Positions 53,601 through 62,600 of a stretch of DNA of 64,000 nt are shown one piece after another. Origin of the DNA: Mytilus edulis (lineage: Eukaryota); contig NC_092347.1 in NCBI RefSeq assembly GCF_963676685.1, positions 5,518,001-5,582,000 on the forward strand, read 5' to 3'. The position numbers were made by a program, and so were the translations under genes. The notes under the pieces are model-generated. The model worked only from the letters and a program-made list of their open reading frames with translations. It was not told the DNA's origin and did not search any database. Within the stretch, counting starts at the first letter, position 1. Each line of letters begins with the position of its first letter.

Positions 53601-56600
53601 TTTTCTTTTCCTGACCGCTCCTGATTGCCGAACAAGCTTTCTCTTTTTCTCTTCTGCTGACACTGTCAGTGTTGTGTTCTGTAGCTTTTTGGGGGAAGAA
53701 AAGTCAAAGATCGTCGGCACTGCGTCTGATTTTAACTGTAACTTTTTCATTTTGTATCCAATTGAAGCTGCAAATAGCGGATTTACCACAAACTGATCAT
53801 TGCTAAAATGTTTAGCGCATAATCTGGATGTGTTGGATGGCTGAAAGTTCTTCCGTTTCACTTTGATTGTCCATTGTTTACGTCTATGATCATCTTTCGG
53901 AAACTCAAATAGTCCTATTCCTTGACCTGACCCAGTTTTGCAGTTAAATGCAACACAATACACCATACTAAATATAGATTACACGCTCCAATAATTTCAA
54001 CTTCTGCTAATGTAAAATGAAAGTCGCCGATAGCACGTATGACGTAGTAGGTAAAGGGAGATCATCCAAGAGTAAAAAATACGCGGGCTATTCAAATGGG
54101 TATAAAATCGTCTTTTTTCTTATGAATAAAACGGAACATTTAAGATTGAATCCGATTTTTATCTGTTATTTATACTTATGGACACATGATAACAAGAAAT
54201 AATAATATATGGAAAATCACTTCCTGTGATCTTTAATATTATTATGATTTAAAACTGCCAATCTATCAATCCCCTTTTCTAATCTATGTAATGAAACAAC
54301 GAAAAAAAAAAACACCAAGAAAAAGCAATGATAACTCTGCTGTTAAACTTAAAATGTATTAATAGCACTATTACATCAAAATCACCAAATTCTGGTGTAC
54401 GTTCGCCGCCTTCTGCTTCAAGATACTACAAAAAATACAAATACATTTTCTATTTAACTAAATCCTTGAATGTCAGATAAAATGAAATTCAATATCTATG
54501 TTAAATAATAATTTAATTGAGGAAAAAAATAAGATTTAACAAGAACCATTGATTCCCTTGAATAATGTCTATAAGACTTGACCAGCGATTGATATGTTAC
54601 CTTCTTAGGAATCTCATCAGGCAATGATATCTGGTGTAATTTTTTGGTTTTCTGTGAAACAGCAAACAGTAGATTTCCTTCAGCCACAGCTCCTCCAAAT
54701 GATGGGATTCCAAACTTCAGTACCATTTTCTTTATTGCTGCATCTTTGAAATCACATTTCAAACTTTGGACACTCTTCCTTGGATCTGTTTAAAAAAGAA
54801 TAAAAAGATAAAGTTAGGATTTATATAAATACTTAGTGACAAGATTCTGTCATTGATAGATAAAAAGATTGGACCAAATAACTGTTTATCCTGAAAAATT
54901 TTCTTATTTTGCTTTGTAGAAAAATCAAAAACAGAACTTAATTAGGCTGCCATATCATCATTACAATTTATGGGATACCAATTTTGGTTGATTTTTTGGG
55001 GAAAGATAAACCATGAATGTAAATGTTAAGGATGTTTGCTCTTCTATTTTTTAATTTTTGCCAGATTTTCGGAATCCTCTGGTTTTATCCATGTATATTC
55101 ATAAATAAAAAATTGCCCATTAACCCCTACTTTTTTTCCATTATTTTATAACATAAAGTTTAAAAAGCCATATTTCACAATCTTATAAAATCCTTGTTAT
55201 TATTTCATAATTTTTGAAACAAAAAAGGTGCCAATGTAAAATGTATGGAAAATCTAGAGAGAATTATTTCCCGCCAAATATTCAATGGCTTATATCTCGA
55301 AAACAAGCACACGGACCCTCTATTTTTTTCTACTTTTTATTTTTTTTTATTTATTTACTATCAATTCAAAACAGTCTTTTAAAAAGCTTGTTATTTTTAA
55401 ACAGAGTAGCGAAACATCCTTTAACCCTTTCGCCGATGAGTCCCGGTTTACCGGGATTCACGCTTCAGACAGCTGACGATGAGTCCCGTTTTACCGGGAT
55501 CGGAATACCTCTTTTATGTTTCCCGCTTAAAACAGTGCAAACATGAGTTATCTTTCTTTGATGGATACCCGGATGAAAGTGTAAACATTGCGCTTCCGTT
55601 TGTTGAAAACCGTGTCAAAATCAGAGGAAATTTATGGAATTTACGAGAATTTGAAATGAGGGAACATTTTTTTTGAAAGAATATGGAAGAATTGAAGCCA
55701 AACTAGTATACTTTTTTGACATAAAATGTGGTTTTAAGTACAAAACACTTGGAATGGACATCGTTCAGTGTGAGGAATTTGTACAGCCTCATAAAAATTT
55801 TCAAAATTTTGCCGTTTTGGGTTAAAAAATTACGATTTGGGGTCAAAGAGCAGAATTTTGAGAATTTCACCTAGAAAATGCCGAAAATTTGAAAATTTGA
55901 ATATTTTAAGAAGAAAAAATTATTAAAACATGAATAAAACTGTGAACATGGTGTAAGTGAATGAAATAAATACACAAATAACTACAAACAAGTTTTTATT
56001 GACATTTATTATGAAGATCTCCCACTTGAGTAATAGTAGCCAGGGAAGCCATCGTCTCAGAGTAGCTTCTGTCTGGGCAGCAATCGGTGAAAGGGTTAAT
56101 GCAGTACACAATTTTAATTTACTTGTATGCAGACTTTGACAAAACCATGAAATAAATAGTATAATACATGTATTAAAAGACATTTCCAAGGCATTAGGCA
56201 TTCAAGTATCACTTATAATATTTTTATCTCTGCCTATTAAATTTTTGCCCTTTTAATTCTTATTTCAGGAATTTAAGTACAGCCAAGATGGTATGATACA
56301 AGATGTCATGAACAGAAATTTGATGCTGGGTGAGTCTGACATCATTTTGGGTACAGCTGAATTTCTTATATATCATTTCACCAACATACCTTTCAAGATA
56401 TCCTCTGGAAGCTCAAAATATAACAAGGCATCAGCACCATTTCTTCTGTTCCCAGAACTATTTGTTGTGATAGAAACTTTTACAACACCATTGACAGTAA
56501 ATGTTGTAATAGTCAAAATCTCCCCTTCAACCACTGTAAAAAAATAAATAATAAATATTTGATAATGACATAATTTTCTTTTTTTTATATTTTTTTTAAA

Positions 56601-59600
56601 ATGATATTTGATAGAACAAACAGTTAGGTTTATGATTTTAAAACAACTAAATATTTCTTAGAGATTTTAGTTTGTCCATTACCTGTGTAACCGATTGGAT
56701 TAAAGTCTTTAGAAGCCCTTCCATCTATTACAAAAACTTGTCCATTTTCTGCTCCAGCAATTAAAAAATTTCCATCCACATCATACCTGTTAACATATAA
56801 CATAAAATAAGTTATTGGAAATATTTTTAAAGTTAAAATCATCATCTGCATTTATAATATCAACAAGTGCTTACTGATAAGCAGCTATAAAGTAAATTAA
56901 ATACCTAATGACCTTCAAAATAGAAAAGAAGTAACCATTTAGTCATCAACAAACAAAAAGAATACGTTTCTATAAATTAAATAAGTTTGTGGTTGTACAA
57001 ATAAAACTGTAACAAGGTAACATATATGTACATCTAATGATGATTTTGATAAAAGTTTGGACATACTGGCCTTGTGATGTAGATTTTATATTATGTAAGT
57101 CTGAGAACGAGGACCTATGGATACCAAGGTGACATATTATGTAAGTCTGAGAAAGAGGACCTATGGATACCAAGGTGACATATTATGTAAGTCTGAGAAA
57201 GAGGACCTATGGATACCAAGGTGACATATTATGTAAGTCCGAGAAAGAGGACCTATGGATACCAAGGTGACATATTATGTAAGTCTGAGAAAGAGGACCT
57301 ATGGATACCAAGGTGACATATTATGTAAGTCCGAGAAAGAGGACCTATGGATACCAAGGTGACATATTATGTAAGTCCGAGAAAGAGGACCTATGGATAC
57401 CAAGGTGACATATCATGTAAGTCTGAGAAAGAGGACCTATGGATACCAAGGTGACATATTATGTAAGTCCGAGAAAGAGGACCTATGGATACCAAGGTGA
57501 CATATTATGTAAGTCCGAGAAAGAGGACCTATGGATACCAAGGTGACATATTATGTAAGTCTGAGAACGAGGACCTATGGATACCAAGGTGACATATTAT
57601 GTAAGTCTGAGAAAGAGGACCTATGGATACCAAGGTGACATATTATGTAAGTCTGAGAAAGAGGACCTATGGATACCAAGGTGACATATTATGTAAGTCT
57701 GAGAAAGAGGACCTATGGATACCAAGGTGACATAAACAACTCAAAGCAGACTAAGAGTAAAAAAAACGCTATATATATTAAGTGTTTTAAATGATGAGTT
57801 TTCCACTTGTTCGCATATAAATAAATACAAATATTCATATCAATATACATTTAATACAAAATTAAGTTTTTTCCAATATTGGTAAACATGACTAAGTTGT
57901 CCCTTTTCAGACAAGAAACTGAGCTAAAGTACCCTTCATCTTTAACAGTCCTGCATTGCACTTCCATATCTACTTTATGGTGAACTAGACCTTAAATCTG
58001 TAGAGGAACAAATAGAATAGGCACAGGCCTGAATAAAGGTCTTAGGGGAGATGCCATCTAAAATTAAAAACCGAAAGCCATAATTTAATAAATCATCAAT
58101 GAAAGAGAAAAATTGATGGCTTTTCATTATTTATTATACACTTACGTCAAATTTGAGACAGGTACATGGTACATTCTGGTGCTCTTTATAATTCTTGGTT
58201 TTTGAACATTGGTTAGATCAACAATCATGACATGTCCACTAACAGTCCCTACAGCTGCAACATGAGTTAGGGGACTACAAGCCATACATGTAGCCTGAAA
58301 TGGAATAAACACTATCGTTATAGTTAAGTGAAGCATAGGTTGTTTCCAAATATTCTAGACATTTGGTAAAAATTTAGCTGACTATTGAGATTTTTCATAC
58401 AAGAGAGACAGTTGCATGATTTGGTAAGTTTTCCTTAAACAATCATACTTCCACTACATGTCAAGACAACAAAATATTCACAACTTTGTAAACAAATCTT
58501 AAAAAAAAAAATTGAATTTAGTTGTTCTGATATGTCTATTTATATAAAATTAATGCTAACTTAAGGTGGTACCTAACACTACAGGGAGATAACTCTCTAA
58601 AATCAGCTAAACATTTTAATTACGTTGTGTTGTAAAGGGAATAATAAGCTTCTCAATGATCAAAATTGGTGTTTGTCAAAGTACTATATAACCAGTGTAA
58701 TTTTTCTGACAAAACGGTTGGTTCAAAATTTTTGAAATTTTTATATTTTTGTTAAAGGGTCAAAGTAAATACTTTGTTAAATTTTTATGAAAATTAAACG
58801 AGCCAAATTTAGTTTAGTGAAAGTGTTGGGTACCACCTTAAAGCAGATGTGTCAGTACTTTTTATAGGTTAATATATTTCTTAAAATGATATGATTTGCA
58901 TTAATTAAAAAAGAAAAAACATAAAAAGAAAACCTGTTTGATGATTTTATACTGGATGAAACTGTTAGAAGAAACTTACTGGAACTCCGACTGCCACAGA
59001 GGAAACAAACTTCCCTTTGTCCATCGTCCACACTTGTAATTCACCATCTTCTTTCACACTCTAGTTATTAAATAAATAATTAACTCTAAATCATGAATAA
59101 CGAGCATTTTTTAAGTGAAACCTAAATGAATACAGGATATATTTTATATCTTTGAAAAGAAGTTAAATGATATCTTCATAAAGACAATTACTAGTGTACC
59201 ATGTGTAATAAAGTAAGTAAATAAAATACATTATTTGAATAAAAAAATACTTAATTGAGCAAGCTAACAAAGCCTTAACTTATAGTCAATTTCAGTTTTT
59301 TTTTTAAATCCAGCTCAAGGAAAGTGGCTGAAAAATCTCAAACATTTAAAAAAAAAGTTAATATTCAACATTTTTATAAATCTCTCTATTATTAAGATAA
59401 TAAAGTTGAACCTAATTGTGAGTTGTAGATAATTATAATGAGTTCAAAAACATTGATTGTAAGATCCTTTGAAACAATGATTCTCTAAACAGTAGTATTG
59501 AAACAAATATAACATTGACTTCTGTGTAAACTTACTACAACATGTTCATTTCCAGTCAGACATCCAATACCCATTACTGTTCCCCAGTGTAAATCTTTCA

Positions 59601-62600
59601 GTAATTTGAGAGAGTTTGGAATCCCTGCTTCATACAAATGTAGAGATCCCTATAATATAGAAAATAAAACATAGTAAACCTGTTTATCTTTCTTATATTC
59701 TTGTACAAATGAGAGGTTTAGCTAGCTATAAAACCATATATTAATCCACCATTTTTTACATAAGGAAATGTCTGTAATAAATCAGGAATAAGTTGTTTTC
59801 CATACATTTGATGCGCTTCAGCTTTTGATTTTGCCATTTGATTAGGGACTTTCCAAAATTTTCCTTTGAGATCGCCATTTTTGCTATAATTTTACTTTTT
59901 CAGTACAAGATTTGATTTTTTTCCCTTTGTAAATTAGTACTCAAGAAACTATTCCTTCTTTTCTGCGACTAATGATCATTCAATATTACATTATAACATT
60001 ACCTCACATGATCCTATGGCCAGACGTCTGTAACTAGGAGGGAAGCTGAGAGATGTGATTGGATGATTAATATTACATGATAACATTACCTCACATGATC
60101 CTATCGCCAGACGTCTGTAACTAGGAGGGAAGCTGAGAGATGTGATTGGATGATTAATATTACATGATAACATTACCTCACATGATCCTATCACCAGACG
60201 TCTGTAACTAGGAGGGAAGCTGAGAGATGTGATTGGATGATTAATATTACATGATAACATTACCTCACATGATCCTATCGCCAGACGTCTGTAACTAGGA
60301 GGGAAGCTGAGAGATGTGATTGGATGATTAATATTACATGATAACATTACCTCACATGATCCTATCGCCAGACGTCTGTAACTAGGAGGGAAGCTGAGAG
60401 ATGTGATTGGATGATTAATATTACATTATAACATTACCTCACATGATCCTATCGCCAGACGTCTGTAACTAGGAGGGAAGCTGAGAGATGTGATTGGATG
60501 ATTAATATTACATGATAACATTACCTCACATGATCCTATCGCCAGACGTCTGTAACTAGGAGGGAAGCTGAGAGATGTGATTGGATGATTAATATTACAT
60601 GATAACATTACCTCACATGATCCTATCGCCAGACGTCTGTAACTAGGAGGGAAGCTGAGAGATGTGATTGGATGATTAATATTACATGATAACATTACCT
60701 CACATGATCCTATCGCCAGACGTCTGTAACTAGGAGGGAAGCTGAGAGATGTGATTGGATGATTAATATTACATGATAACATTACCTCACATGATCCTAT
60801 CGCCAGACGTCTGTAACTAGGAGGGAAGCTGAGAGATGTGATTGGATGATTAATATTACATGATAACATTACCTCACATGATCCTATCGCCAGACGTCTG
60901 TAACTAGGAGGGAAGCTGAGAGATGTGATTGGATGATTAATATTACATGATAACATTACCTCACATGATCCTATCGCCAGACGTCTGTAACTAGGAGGGA
61001 AGCTGAGAGATGTGATTGGATGATTAATATTACATGATAACATTACCTCACATGATCCTATCGCCAGACGTCTGTAACTAGGAGGGAAGCTGAGAGATGT
61101 GATTGGATGATTAATATTACATGATAACATTACCTCACATGATCCTATCGCCAGACGTCTGTAACTAGGAGGGAAGCTGAGAGATGTGATTGGATGATTA
61201 ATATTACATGATAACATTACCTCACATGATCCTATCGCCAGACGTCTGTAACTAGGAGGGAAGCTGAGAGATGTGATTGGATGATTAATATTACATTATA
61301 ACATTACCTCACATGATCCTATCGCCAGACGTCTGTAACTAGGAGGGAAGCTGAGAGATTTGATTGGATGATTAATATTACATTATAACATTACCTCACA
61401 TGATCCTATCGCCAGACGTCTGTAACTAGGAGGGAAGCTGAGAGATGTGATTGGATGATTAATATTACATTATAACATTACCTCACATGATCCTATCGCC
61501 AGACGTCTGTAACTAGGAGGGAAGCTGAGAGATTTGATTGGATGATTAATATTACATGATAACATTACCTCACATGATCCTATCGCCAGACGTCTGTAAC
61601 TAGGAGGGAAGCTGAGAGATGTGATTGGATGATTAATATTACATGATAACATTACCTCACATGATCCTATCGCCAGACGTCTGTAACTAGGAGGGAAGCT
61701 GAGAGATGTGATTGGATGATTAATATTACATTATAACATTACCTCACATGATCCTATCGCCAGACGTCTGTAACTAGGAGGGAAGCTGAGAGATTTGATT
61801 GGATGATTAATATTACATGATAACATTACCTCACATGATCCTATCGCCAGACGTCTGTAACTAGGAGGGAAGCTGAGAGATGTGATTGGATGATTAATAT
61901 TACATGATAACATTACCTCACATGATCCTATCACCAGACGTCTGTAACTAGGAGGGAAGCTGAGAGATGTGATTGGATGATTAATATTACATGATAACAT
62001 TACCTCACATGATCCTATCACCAGACGTCTGTAACTAGGAGGGAAGCTGAGAGATGTGATTGGATGATTAATATTACATGATAACATTACCTCACATGAT
62101 CCTATCACCAGACGTCTGTAACTAGGAGGGAAGCTGAGAGATGTGATTGGATGATTAATATTACATGATAACATTACCTCACATGATCCTATCGCCAGAC
62201 GTCTGTAACTAGGAGGGAAGCTGAGAGATGTGATTGGATGATTAATATTACATTGTTCTATGACTCTACAGTCTTCTGATTTTGTATCTATCAACCTTAA
62301 CATACCATCCTGAAATTAAAATTATACTGTTAAGCTGAAAATTCTTTTAAACATTAAAAATGATTTTTATTGGTCTTAATAAGATGGCTCTGTTCTCCAT
62401 ACTTTTCAAACTACTCTATGAAATTTGAAAGAGCACTGTTTTCCAAAAATTATTGCACCACATTTAAAATAAAATCCATCATATAACTTATTCATATAGC
62501 ACCATGGTAAAAAAAAACATAACCTGGGAGTACACTCACTATAACAGTTACTGAGGTCTGTTCCAGAAAATTTAAAATATTGTATTTCCCATATAGTCTA

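Larger units (their letters stand above)
38850..54232. mobile_element. Full-length Kolobok DNA transposon (15.4 kb) in a CFAP43 intron
   Basis: TTAA TSDs at 38846-38849 and 54233-54236. TIRs AGATCACAGGAAACGATTTT / AAAATCACTTCCTGTGATCT (18/20 match, RR...YY ends). It encodes a THAP-DDE transposase and a convergent KolX-like gene. Confidence 0.9.

Noticed and set aside
53307-53966. Stand-alone host THAP gene of 219 aa
   Set aside because: The ORF runs through a donor at 53591; it is exon 1 of the transposase.
59991-61652. Repetitive ORFs as independent genes
   Set aside because: Copies of a CFAP43 exon end within the 87-bp array, downstream of the first stop-containing unit.
13201-62254. CRISPR-like appearance of regular repeats
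   Set aside because: The units are contiguous with no unique spacers, there are no cas genes, and the context is eukaryotic introns.
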